A stretch of 64,000 nucleotides of DNA from an uncultured Bacteroidales bacterium (GTDB lineage Bacteria; Bacteroidota; Bacteroidia; Bacteroidales; Paludibacteraceae), in the NCBI GenBank assembly GCA_900321005.1, contig ONUF01000015.1, forward strand, positions 1,414 through 65,413. The letters run 5' to 3'. Position numbers and translations under genes: made by a program. Below the pieces are notes generated by a model. The model searched no databases and was not told the DNA's origin. It saw only the letters and a program-made list of their open reading frames with translations. Shown here piece by piece: positions 54,514 through 63,652 of this stretch (position 1 is its first letter; each line of letters opens with the position of its first letter).

Positions 54514-54555
54514 AATAGATAATAGATAATAGATAATAGTTAATAGATAATAGTT
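54514..54555 (+). repeat. Heptamer array AATAGAT/AATAGTT x6 after the stop codon
   Basis: aatagat aatagat aatagat aatagtt aatagat aatagtt. Confidence 0.92.
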
Positions 54556-54562
54556 AAAAAAG

Positions 54563-54590
54563 AAGAGGACCTCTTGCGAGATCCTCTTTC
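54563..54590. terminator. Bidirectional terminator between convergent genes
   Basis: gaggacctc-ttgc-gagatcctc stem (one mismatch), with an A-run upstream and a T-run downstream. Confidence 0.7.
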
Positions 54591-54607
54591 TTTTATCAGC
54601 AGTTCGA

Positions 54608-56140
54608 TTAATAAACTACCTGAACGTTTTTCAACATCTTCTTTGCCGGACGCTTAACAGTTGCCTTACGTGCAGGAATCGATTGCTTAGCGTTGCGTTT
54701 AGCAATCTTAGCAGGAGCACCTGCTGCCTCACTCGGCACGAAGCCCAACTGATCCCAAGCCATTGTGATGTCATAATCCTCTTCGTCATCCGGATTCTCA
54801 TACAGAACGGCGAAACCGACTCCCTCGGTAGCTTCAGAGAGTACAAGCGTACCATCCTCTGCCGGCTCAAAATCAATCGTGATCGAACCAAGTATGCTAT
54901 AGCCCGAGTTCAGAGCATAGAACGTAGTCTTATAGGTTACGCCACCTTTCTCCACAGGAGTACCACGACTTGGATAGATATTGAGTCTGTGATCCTCCTC
55001 GTTGAAGACGCCGTAAACAACCGGAACATCCGGGTGAATACCTTCGATGGTATAGTATTGACCATCCGCATCTTCGTTCGTAGCAATAACCACTTCAGCC
55101 TCTGCTGCGCCACCGGTATTGAGATCTCTTCCTTGGAGTTTCCAGTTACCTACGTAGGTATTTACGTCAGCGTCTACCGCTTCACCACCTTCTTCTTGGT
55201 CTGCCAAGTAAGCAGCCTTGCTCAGATAGAATACGAAGTTAGCCTGAACGCCATAGATCTTACCTCCAGCACCGAAGAGCATGGTATTATCCTGTGCATC
55301 AAAGACAATCTTACCATTTTCTTTCTCGTAGCGGCCATAGGTACCTGCGGCGCCCGTTCCGCGAGCGTAGTCAACGAAGCACTGGTTGGTATAGTCACCC
55401 CATCCAATACCCAAATAGGTATAGAGATCCGGGAAGCGAACTTCACCGTCCGGCGAGATGTTGAGCACGAAGTTATAGTCTTGCGATTCATCTACATCGC
55501 CTTCCTCCGTCCACGGGTTACCGTCAAAGACACCGTCTTCATCAGGATCGCCGCTTTTAAAGCTTGCATACGGGTTGATCATACGGAAGCGCATTGAACC
55601 ATCAGGATTCTCAGCAGTCTGGAACTCTACAAACCATGCGTTAACACCCATGCTGAATGCCGGGCCGACAGTCTGCTCAAGGAATATACCCCATGCAGGT
55701 TCAGACCACAACTCAAGCGTAACCGTATATTCAAAGGTATTAAGTCCGGACAGATAAGGGCTAACCTTATTTTCGGGAACTGCCAATTTGAACGTATAGG
55801 TGCTATCCGCTTGACCGGCAGCGAAGGTCACTTTATGAGCAACCTCTCTATCGCCCGGAGCGAAGATGAACACCGGATCGATTACGAATACCGGATGCGC
55901 CTCAACTACGGTTACCTTAATCGTATCTGCCTTGTCGAGATTGCAGGAACGATGCAGTGCTACGATGGTCTCCAGCGGATCCTTCGCCAAGTTCAACTTA
56001 AGAACTTCACCACCGCTAGTGAACGATACTGCCAACGGAGAATCCTCCGGGGACGGTTCGCGCTCTACATTCTTCTCGCAAGCCGTGAAAGTGAACACGG
56101 CTGCTGCGAGAATGAGCAAATATTTACTAATCTTTTTCAT
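54608..56140 (-). CDS. Surface lipoprotein of the SusC/D locus (SusE/F-position, function unknown)
   Basis: Lipobox LAAAVFTFTAC. 510 aa, beta-rich, and immediately downstream of the SusD-like gene. Confidence 0.55.
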   Translation of the reverse strand: MKKISKYLLILAAAVFTFTACEKNVEREPSPEDSPLAVSFTSGGEVLKLNLAKDPLETIVALHRSCNLDKADTIKVTVVEAHPVFVIDPVFIFAPGDREVAHKVTFAAGQADSTYTFKLAVPENKVSPYLSGLNTFEYTVTLELWSEPAWGIFLEQTVGPAFSMGVNAWFVEFQTAENPDGSMRFRMINPYASFKSGDPDEDGVFDGNPWTEEGDVDESQDYNFVLNISPDGEVRFPDLYTYLGIGWGDYTNQCFVDYARGTGAAGTYGRYEKENGKIVFDAQDNTMLFGAGGKIYGVQANFVFYLSKAAYLADQEEGGEAVDADVNTYVGNWKLQGRDLNTGGAAEAEVVIATNEDADGQYYTIEGIHPDVPVVYGVFNEEDHRLNIYPSRGTPVEKGGVTYKTTFYALNSGYSILGSITIDFEPAEDGTLVLSEATEGVGFAVLYENPDDEEDYDITMAWDQLGFVPSEAAGAPAKIAKRNAKQSIPARKATVKRPAKKMLKNVQVVY

Positions 56141-56159
56141 AATTTTTCCTTTCTTTAGG

Positions 56160-57827
56160 TTAATCCGTTACACCATCCTTCAAGTCGGCGCCATTACCAC
56201 CTTTAGGCTGGACACCGCCTTCGTTTTGCACAATACCGGAGTTACCATTCAACTCAGTTTGGTCAAAGCGCATCAGCAACCACGGATCATCAGCAGAGAG
56301 GTTGAAACGATAATCCTCCGGCACATTCGAGTCTTTACCCGGACGGAAGCGAACGATGTTCTTGCCCAGACGCATCTTGTCTGCCATAGCGAAGCCTTCG
56401 CCCCAGAGTTCGATACGACGTTGGAGCCAAATCTCGTCCTCGATATCCAAACCGTTTGCTACAGCAGAGTAATTCGGATCACGATAGGTCTTCACGAAGT
56501 TCTCCAAGATGGTCTTAGCGGCAGCACGGTCACCTGCTTTCGCAATACCCTCCGCCTTGATAAGAATCATCTCTTCTGCACGCATCAAGCACCAGTCACC
56601 GTCATTGTACGGAGAACCGACACCGGAGCGTTGACCGAACTTCACGTTCGCATACGGATACATCGGCTCCTTCACATCAGCGATCTTAGCCTTTGCAATT
56701 GCCTGTCCCTCATAGACGGTTCCGGTCGCATCATCCGTCCAAGTCAGACCTTCCAGATACGGAGATTCCATCTTCTCGTTCAACCACCAAGCCTTACGTA
56801 CGTCCGTAGCCGGAATCTTATCGTAAAGCAAGTTATTGATAGAGCGGTATATAGCGGTACCGGCCGTATATCCATGTCCGGAGAACGAACCTAACTGGGA
56901 AGGCCAAGAAGCATAAGCAGTACCGGCCGTTGATGACGGAATCAAAGCAGCCCAGAGCCAACTATGCTCACCGCCGTTGTTATTGGCATCGTTGAAGCCC
57001 GGTTGGGTCAACTCAGAGAGCAGATACGGTGTGTAGCCTACGAGTGCCGAATCGGCATCCGCAGCTGCCGCTGCCCATTTCTCCATGTACAGATTAGCAC
57101 GAGCACGCAGACCGAACGCCACCTGACGGTCGATAACACCTTTGTTATCGCGTTTGAAACCTTTAAGGTCGGCAATCGCGTCATTAAGGTCAGTGAGGAT
57201 GTACTCATACATCTTATTCATCGGTGCACGCGGGTTGTTCAGCGGGTCAATAGGCGTCTTTTCATCTGCCATAATAGGCACAGTCGGTTTATCTTCGTTT
57301 CCTACGTACTTAAATTGGTAATAGGGAACCAGATTGAGGTATGCAAATGCACGGATAGCTTTCGCCTGACCGCGTTTTGCTTTCAACTCCGGATTGTCCG
57401 TATCGGTCGGTATGGAGGCGATTACCTCTCGCGTCGCATAGATGATGTTGTAAATCAAACCGCTACGCATACGCGGGTTGGCATAACTCGGCGTACGATC
57501 ACTATACTCGCTGGCAACAGAGAACCAGTCATAGTCGCTAAGAGGAGTTACCATATCTCCTGAGTTCAAATCGAGACTCATACAGATGGCAGGATAAGCC
57601 GCATCATCAGCTCGGCCTTGTCCAGTACCAAAGTATGCATACGGCGTACCCAACTTTGCATACATACCGGTTACGGACGAGTTGATACGCTCAGGAATAG
57701 CCTCTACTGCCTGGGCAATCTGCAACTCAGATTGCGTGCTTCCCTGATACTCCGTGGTAAGGTAATTATCACAAGCGCAGAATGCTATCGCACTCAATGC
57801 ACTTAATAATATATATTTCGTTTTCAT
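56160..57827 (-). CDS. SusD/RagB-family nutrient-binding outer-membrane lipoprotein
   Basis: Lipobox SAIAFCAC, TPR-like helical composition, 555 aa, and directly downstream of SusC. Confidence 0.85.
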   Translation of the reverse strand: MKTKYILLSALSAIAFCACDNYLTTEYQGSTQSELQIAQAVEAIPERINSSVTGMYAKLGTPYAYFGTGQGRADDAAYPAICMSLDLNSGDMVTPLSDYDWFSVASEYSDRTPSYANPRMRSGLIYNIIYATREVIASIPTDTDNPELKAKRGQAKAIRAFAYLNLVPYYQFKYVGNEDKPTVPIMADEKTPIDPLNNPRAPMNKMYEYILTDLNDAIADLKGFKRDNKGVIDRQVAFGLRARANLYMEKWAAAAADADSALVGYTPYLLSELTQPGFNDANNNGGEHSWLWAALIPSSTAGTAYASWPSQLGSFSGHGYTAGTAIYRSINNLLYDKIPATDVRKAWWLNEKMESPYLEGLTWTDDATGTVYEGQAIAKAKIADVKEPMYPYANVKFGQRSGVGSPYNDGDWCLMRAEEMILIKAEGIAKAGDRAAAKTILENFVKTYRDPNYSAVANGLDIEDEIWLQRRIELWGEGFAMADKMRLGKNIVRFRPGKDSNVPEDYRFNLSADDPWLLMRFDQTELNGNSGIVQNEGGVQPKGGNGADLKDGVTD

Positions 57828-57848
57828 ATCTTTACTGATTTTGATAGA

Positions 57849-60800
57849 TTAGAACGTAATGGAAATACCACCGGACAGCGTACGCAACTGGCTATACACA
57901 TAGCTACCAGATGATGTAGCGCCATTGAGACCTCTCAACGTAGAGTTCTGGCTCTGACGCGGATCGAATCCCTTACGAGGGCTCCACAATGCGAGGTTAT
58001 CGCCCTGGAAGTAGATACGAACTTTCTCAATCTGTGCTTTCTTAGTCCATTTCTTCGGCAGCGTGTAACCCAGCGTGATGTTATTCAAGCTCAGGTAATC
58101 GTTGCTTACGAGCCAACGATCACAGGTCTGCTGACTGTAGTCATCGGTCGAGCAGAGACGAGGCACATTGGTATTGGTGTTCTCCGGCGTCCACGCATTG
58201 AGGATATCCATGTGCCAAGCATGACCCAGTTGGTTACCTGCATGCATCAACTCCAGATAGGAACCATCGTACGCCTTACCGCCGAATTGGTATGCACAAG
58301 AGATACTCAGGTCAATACCGTACGCCTTGAAGGTCGTACCGAAACCACCGTAGCACTTGACAGCCAAGTCGCCAACATCAGCAAACTTTGCACTCTCATA
58401 GTTGGTCGTCGTAGCCCAAGTCGATTGGTCGTAGTTACCGGCAGCTCTCTCCGCATCCGGATCCACATAATACAATGCCATACCATTGGTCTTATCCACG
58501 CCGGCAAACATCGGCATGTAACCCTCAACGAGCGATCCGCCCTCTTTGAAGATAGACGTATTCCTCTTCAGACCATTCTCTTTATAGGCATCCGGCAAAG
58601 CAACTACTTTTGTCTTGATATAAGTCAAGTTGAAGTTAACCTCCCACTCGATGTTACGCGTCTTAACGAGTACGCCGTAGAGCTCAACCTCCAAACCGTT
58701 GTTGGTCACCGCACCTACGTTCTGACGAAGGCTGGAGAAACCAGCCGAAGCCGGCATCGTAATAGAGAACAACATGTCATTGTTCGTACGGTTGAAGTAC
58801 TCTGCGCTACCGCCGAGACGGTTTTTCAGGAAGTCAAACTCCAAACCTACGTTGCTCAGCATCTGCTTCTCCCAAGTCAGCTCAGGATTACCCTTCGAAC
58901 TCAACACCTTCGAGAATTCGCCGGTCTCTGCATTGTAAGAAATCTTATAGAGGTCCAGATACGGGAGATCACCAATCTGGTCGTTACCCTGGGTACCCCA
59001 TGATGCTTTGAGCTTCAACTCGTCAAGCCAGTCTGCACTGTCCATGAAACCTTCGCGGTTGATCAACCATGCTACACCGACCGAACCGAAGTGACCCCAA
59101 CGTTTCTTCGGAGCGAAGTTGGACGAACCCTCAAAACGATAGGTGGCATTGAGGAAGTAACGATCCATCAAGTCATATTGAACACGTGCGAACAAACCTG
59201 CAGTCTTGAAATCAAAAGTGTGTGACCCTACTCGACTGGATGCCGGTTCCTCGCCGTACGCATTGTCCAATTCAGGAATGAACGGGTTGAATAAGATTTC
59301 GTTCTGTCCGCTAAGAGTTTGCGTGCGATACCAATACTCTTCCCAACCGAGCAACACTTCGAGGTTATGCTCTTGCGCAAAACGGCGCTTATAGCTGATC
59401 AAATACTGCTGATCGAGCGAGAATACGCGTTGATGGCCTACTGCCACGATACCCTTGAAGGATGTTCCGGTTCCGTAGAACGGGTTGGTCAGTTCATTAC
59501 CACGAACGTTGATAGCCGTCGGACTTACGCGAGCAGTAACATTCAAACCCTCCACCGGAGTAACCGTCAAATACATGCTTCCTTGGAAATTATCCATAAT
59601 GGATTGGTCCTTGTCGATCTTCAGACTCAACGCAGGGTTACCCTTCGGCGCAGCACCCGGGCGTTTCTGGTTGGTATTGCTACCGGTATCATACACCGTG
59701 TAACCCAGATTATCTACCACCTTTTGACCATTGGCATCACGCACAAAGAACGGATAAATCGGAGCCATCATATCCATGGTCCAGAACACGTTACCCGAAC
59801 TTCCCCAGTCATCTGCAGTTTGACCGGAAGGGCTCTTGGTGTTGGTGTGTGCGTACGAGAACGAACCTCCTACCTTCAACCATTTCTTTACCTGGCTGTC
59901 GATACGTCCACGGATCGTAAAGCGCTCGAAGGAGCTACCGTCGATAATACCCGGGTCGTTCAAATAACCGGCAGAAAGGAAGTACTGCGTGTCTGCGTTA
60001 CCGCCGTTGACACTGATGTTGTACTCATGACGCAGGTTATGCTCATTCAGCGAATTGGCTACCCAGTTATCCGGGGTGTAGTAATACTGACCATCGTTGT
60101 AACCCAGCGTTGCGTGCGGGTTCAACTTGAAGTTCGTACCTACGATACGCTCACCGACAGGGATGGTGTACACATTGTAACCCACACCGCCATTCTCACT
60201 GAAAATAGTCTGGTCTGCATACGCATGAGCCTCTGCAACGGATTTACCGGCATAGATTCGAGAATTGTAGAGCGCACGGTACGCGGTCTCCATGTACATG
60301 CCCGGATCCGTCATCGTGTTGTAAGAAGGAACGGCACGCTGGTTAGTACCCCACTTCGCATCTACGTTTACCTCGAACTTCGTGTTCGTACTACCGCTCT
60401 TCGTGGTAATCAATACAACACCGTTCGCACCACGAGCACCGTAGATAGCCGTAGCGGCAGCATCCTTCAATACCGTAATCGAGGCGATATCATAACTACT
60501 AATCGTGTTGATTTCACCCTCAAACGGCGCACCGTCTACAATGTACAGAGGGGCTGTACCACCGTTGATAGAACCTGTACCACGGATACGGATGCTTGCG
60601 CCCGAACCCGGCTGACCGGAACTATTAACAACCTGAACACCCGCCATCTTACCTTGCAGTGCGTTCGTTACGTTCGCTTGAGCCTGGTTGGTCAGGTCAT
60701 CACCTTTCACCTCTTTAGCCGAACCAACGAACTGTGCACGAGTCGCAGTACCATAACCGATAACCATGACTTCGTCCAACACCTCCGTGTCTTCCGACAG

Positions 60801-61073
60801 ATTAATAACTACTCCGTCCTTCGCTGCTACTTCTTGAGTAGACATACCGATGAACGAAACAACCAGTACAGAATTCGGGCCTACCGAAAGGGAGAACTTA
60901 CCGTCGATGTCGGTAATCGTACCTTTCGAAGTACCCTTCACCTGAACAGATGCACCGATGATCGGCTCGTCATCTGCAGCGTTTCGGACGGTACCTGAAA
61001 TTGTTTGGCTCTGAGCCAATACCTGTCCGAAAGCAATGAAGCAAACGGACAATACGAGTAAGAATTTCTTCAT
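57849..61073 (-). CDS. SusC/RagA-family TonB-dependent outer-membrane transporter
   Basis: CarboxypepD_reg N-terminus (ISGTVRNAADDEPIIGASVQVKGT), TonB box DEVMVIGYGT, plug plus 22-strand barrel length, and a C-terminal GGISITF. Confidence 0.9.
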   Translation of the reverse strand: MKKFLLVLSVCFIAFGQVLAQSQTISGTVRNAADDEPIIGASVQVKGTSKGTITDIDGKFSLSVGPNSVLVVSFIGMSTQEVAAKDGVVINLSEDTEVLDEVMVIGYGTATRAQFVGSAKEVKGDDLTNQAQANVTNALQGKMAGVQVVNSSGQPGSGASIRIRGTGSINGGTAPLYIVDGAPFEGEINTISSYDIASITVLKDAAATAIYGARGANGVVLITTKSGSTNTKFEVNVDAKWGTNQRAVPSYNTMTDPGMYMETAYRALYNSRIYAGKSVAEAHAYADQTIFSENGGVGYNVYTIPVGERIVGTNFKLNPHATLGYNDGQYYYTPDNWVANSLNEHNLRHEYNISVNGGNADTQYFLSAGYLNDPGIIDGSSFERFTIRGRIDSQVKKWLKVGGSFSYAHTNTKSPSGQTADDWGSSGNVFWTMDMMAPIYPFFVRDANGQKVVDNLGYTVYDTGSNTNQKRPGAAPKGNPALSLKIDKDQSIMDNFQGSMYLTVTPVEGLNVTARVSPTAINVRGNELTNPFYGTGTSFKGIVAVGHQRVFSLDQQYLISYKRRFAQEHNLEVLLGWEEYWYRTQTLSGQNEILFNPFIPELDNAYGEEPASSRVGSHTFDFKTAGLFARVQYDLMDRYFLNATYRFEGSSNFAPKKRWGHFGSVGVAWLINREGFMDSADWLDELKLKASWGTQGNDQIGDLPYLDLYKISYNAETGEFSKVLSSKGNPELTWEKQMLSNVGLEFDFLKNRLGGSAEYFNRTNNDMLFSITMPASAGFSSLRQNVGAVTNNGLEVELYGVLVKTRNIEWEVNFNLTYIKTKVVALPDAYKENGLKRNTSIFKEGGSLVEGYMPMFAGVDKTNGMALYYVDPDAERAAGNYDQSTWATTTNYESAKFADVGDLAVKCYGGFGTTFKAYGIDLSISCAYQFGGKAYDGSYLELMHAGNQLGHAWHMDILNAWTPENTNTNVPRLCSTDDYSQQTCDRWLVSNDYLSLNNITLGYTLPKKWTKKAQIEKVRIYFQGDNLALWSPRKGFDPRQSQNSTLRGLNGATSSGSYVYSQLRTLSGGISITF

Positions 61074-61125
61074 ACCTTAAACTGTTTGTTATACATAAAT
61101 AATTCCACCCAAAGGGAATTTGCGG

Positions 61126-61133
61126 CAAAAGTA
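61126..61133 (-). promoter_or_regulatory. -7 box TACTTTTG (minus strand) for the SusC operon
   Basis: Forward caaaagta lies 53 nt upstream of the ATG at 61073. Confidence 0.55.
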
Positions 61134-61292
61134 CTACTTTTTTTTCATTTACACAACATTTCTGTCATCTTTTTCCCAAAAAAAGAATAATTTTGTAATT
61201 TTTGTAAAGTAGAGTTTGCAAAAATGGCATTTTTCGCACGTATATGCGCGTGTTTTGTGCACGTGAGTGGGGGCGAAAGAAATTAGGATATT

Positions 61293-61664
61293 TTATAAAT
61301 CCAACTCACTTGGGTGTTTGACATCACGCACGAACTCTAATTCGTGGGATTCCATGGTTTCTCTGGTACAGCAGTAACAACGCCGGTTGTAGCGGACGAT
61401 GACAAGAGGAATGTGCAATTCGTGCATGTCGTCTTGTTCCCATCCGTTGAGAAATTTGGGTTGCGGGTTCGCGTTTTTCTGGATGGCATAGTATGGGTTA
61501 AAGTCCACAAACTCACCCAAGCTTTTCTTTTCAGCGATGGTTCGATAGATAAGGTCTTGGCGTTTGGGCGGGATCGCGTCCCACATTTTTTCGCAAGTGT
61601 GTTTGAGGCCTTCGTACTCTTTATTCACTTGCAGAAGTGCCCATAAATCATTAAAAGTAGTCAT
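61293..61664 (-). CDS. Hypothetical protein (123 aa)
   Basis: Clean ORF with its own promoter-like box. I recognise no motif. It has a Cys pair (RRCYCCTRE). Confidence 0.45.
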   Translation of the reverse strand: MTTFNDLWALLQVNKEYEGLKHTCEKMWDAIPPKRQDLIYRTIAEKKSLGEFVDFNPYYAIQKNANPQPKFLNGWEQDDMHELHIPLVIVRYNRRCYCCTRETMESHELEFVRDVKHPSELDL

Positions 61665-61739
61665 AAAATAACTAATAAAAATAATTTAAATTTTATTTTT
61701 TATTATTTACGCGCGAGCGCATCGAATCAATTTTCGACA

Positions 61740-61747
61740 CAAAGATA
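61740..61747 (-). promoter_or_regulatory. -7 box TATCTTTG (minus strand)
   Basis: Forward caaagata lies about 76 nt upstream of the ATG at 61664. Confidence 0.45.
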
Positions 61748-61804
61748 AGGCGATAGTGAACAATGTGTTCCTTTTAATACAAAAAATGGCCTTTTCTTTT
61801 TGTG

Positions 61805-62000
61805 CTCGAGTGGTTGTCGGGATGTTCTAGGGAGTAAGCCAGGACCATCACGGGATCATGTCCCGATGACGGGCCAATGAACTCCCGTGCTGTTCGTGTT
61901 TACTTCTCGGTCGGCTTGGGCTCCCCGCCCGCCTTCCCTTTTCAAAGTGCCAAGTCAAGGCACTTCTCCAGGTCCCGTGATGGTACTGTTGTTCGAACGG
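61805..62000. ncRNA. Candidate structured RNA (GC-rich island in an AT-rich 560-nt intergenic region); class and strand unknown
   Basis: A perfect 12-bp long-range pairing accatcacggga (61843-61854) / tcccgtgatggt (61971-61982). Local helices are gggagt/actccc, gtgcc-aagtcaa-ggcac and ggga-tcatg-tccc. There is no credible ORF. Confidence 0.3.
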
Positions 62001-62173
62001 TTTATGGACAATATAACACGCAATTTCTTTAGGTTCCCTTTTTATTTCTGTTATATATACGTAGTATATATAAGAAAAATGATTTTTTTGTAAATGCAGT
62101 AGATTTGGTCGCAAAAACAGATGAAGCTTACCGGCTGCCAAGTGGACAACCGCCTATGTCCGAGCTCCACAAA

Positions 62174-62200
62174 ACAAAAAAAAGAGACCCGAAGGTCTCT
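62174..62200 (-). terminator. Rho-independent terminator of the aspS-like gene
   Basis: The minus strand reads agagacc-ttcg-ggtctct followed by tttttttt. Confidence 0.8.
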
Positions 62201-62224
62201 GATTTCTATAGTCCATTCTACGTG

Positions 62225-63601
62225 TTACGGAGCGACGCGGTTGATGTCGCGGGGGAACATAGAGCATTCCTTGACGTTGGCGATGCCGAGGAAGCAAGCC
62301 GTGATACGCTCGAGGCCGATGGCGAAGCCGCCGTGAGGAGGCATGCCGTTCTTGAAGGTATCGAGGTAGAAATGGAACGCATCGGGGTTCATGCCACGAC
62401 GGAGCATCTTCTCGCGGTAGTCCGCTTCCTTATGGATACGCTGGCCGCCGGAGGTGATCTCGAGACCTCTCATGAGGAGGTCGAAGCTCAATGTCAGACT
62501 CGGGTCATCGGGGTCGTCCATCGCATAGAAAGCGCGGTGCTCGGACGGGAAATGGGTCACGAAGACGAAGTCGCTTCCGTATTTGTCATATGCATATTTG
62601 CAAATTGCCCTTTCTTCCTCCGGAGCCAAGTCGTCTTCACCGCGGTGGTCCGCTTCGCAGAGCTTGTTCTCAAAGAGGATCTCGTGAACCTCGCTGAGTT
62701 TCCATGCCGGTACCTGCTCGGGCAATACGGGGTTCACCGCATTGAGGAGCTGGAGCTCGTGTGCACAGTCGCGTTCTACGACGGCGATGATATGGCGGAG
62801 CAGAGCAGCCTCGAGGGTCATGACATCTTCCTGACCTTTGATGAAGCCCATCTCGACATCGAGGGAGATGTACTCATTGAGGTGACGGGAGGTAGCATGT
62901 TTCTCTGCGCGGTAGGCGGGCGCGATCTCGAAGACGCGCTCATAAACGCCGACGCCGATCTGCTTATAGAACTGCGGCGATTGCGCGAGGTACACCTGCT
63001 TGCCGAAATAATCCATCTTGAAGACGTTCGCACCGCCTTCTGCTCCTTCGGAGACGATCTTCGGGGTGAAGATCTGGGTGAAGCCGTTGGCGCTCAGGAA
63101 CTCGCCGAAAGCACGTGCGATAGTCGATTGTACCTTGAGGATTGCCATATCGCGCGGGTTGCGGAGAGTGACCTGACGGTTGTCGAACTTATAGCGCAAC
63201 AGTGTCTCTTCGTCACCGAATTTGAGGGCGTTCATGTCCACTACCTCAGCGGTTGTCGGGCGGCTCAATACACGAACCTCGGACACAGCGATCTCAATGG
63301 TGTTGTAGAACGCTGCAGGGTCTTTGATCTTCGCCTCGTTGACCGTACCGGTGAGGGTGATGGCCATCTCACGACACAAGTCGTTCATAGCAATGGCTTC
63401 TCCGTTCTCATTAAAGAACTTCGAATTCTCATTGCTGACAACGGCTTGGAGCAAACCACGCGATTTGCGGAGGACGATGAAGCCGCCCCACTTGGTGACG
63501 CGGACGTTATGGATCATACCGCAGACAGTAACAGACTCGCCAACTTTAGCGTTGGCGAGGTCCGTTACGTTAGCGTTATGCTGATTTACGTTTAAAAACA
63601 T
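62225..63601 (-). CDS. aspS: Class IIb aminoacyl-tRNA synthetase of the archaeal/eukaryotic AspRS type (aspartate--tRNA ligase, possibly non-discriminating)
   Basis: 458 aa with an N-terminal OB anticodon-binding domain. FTPKIVSEGAEGGANVF, LAQSPQFYKQ, YRAEKHATSRHLNEYISLDVEM and GGFAIGLERI motifs. Confidence 0.72.
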   Translation of the reverse strand: MFLNVNQHNANVTDLANAKVGESVTVCGMIHNVRVTKWGGFIVLRKSRGLLQAVVSNENSKFFNENGEAIAMNDLCREMAITLTGTVNEAKIKDPAAFYNTIEIAVSEVRVLSRPTTAEVVDMNALKFGDEETLLRYKFDNRQVTLRNPRDMAILKVQSTIARAFGEFLSANGFTQIFTPKIVSEGAEGGANVFKMDYFGKQVYLAQSPQFYKQIGVGVYERVFEIAPAYRAEKHATSRHLNEYISLDVEMGFIKGQEDVMTLEAALLRHIIAVVERDCAHELQLLNAVNPVLPEQVPAWKLSEVHEILFENKLCEADHRGEDDLAPEEERAICKYAYDKYGSDFVFVTHFPSEHRAFYAMDDPDDPSLTLSFDLLMRGLEITSGGQRIHKEADYREKMLRRGMNPDAFHFYLDTFKNGMPPHGGFAIGLERITACFLGIANVKECSMFPRDINRVAP

Positions 63602-63652
63602 AAATGTTTAAAAGTTTAGAGTGCTTCGCACGTTTATTGTGCTAACGCACGT

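Noticed and set aside
12104-54555. Whether the short tandem arrays could be CRISPR arrays.
   Set aside because: The units are 7-11 nt and contiguous, with no 25-40 nt spacers and no 24-48 nt repeats. There are also no cas genes in the window.
61805-62000. Assigning the GC-rich island to SRP (4.5S) RNA, RNase P RNA, tmRNA or 6S RNA.
   Set aside because: I could not find the GGAA-tetraloop/AGCA helix-8 core of SRP, the GAGGAAAGUCC or ACAGAA-type RNase P boxes, or tmRNA tRNA-like ends on either strand. 6S cannot be judged by eye. It is left unclassified.
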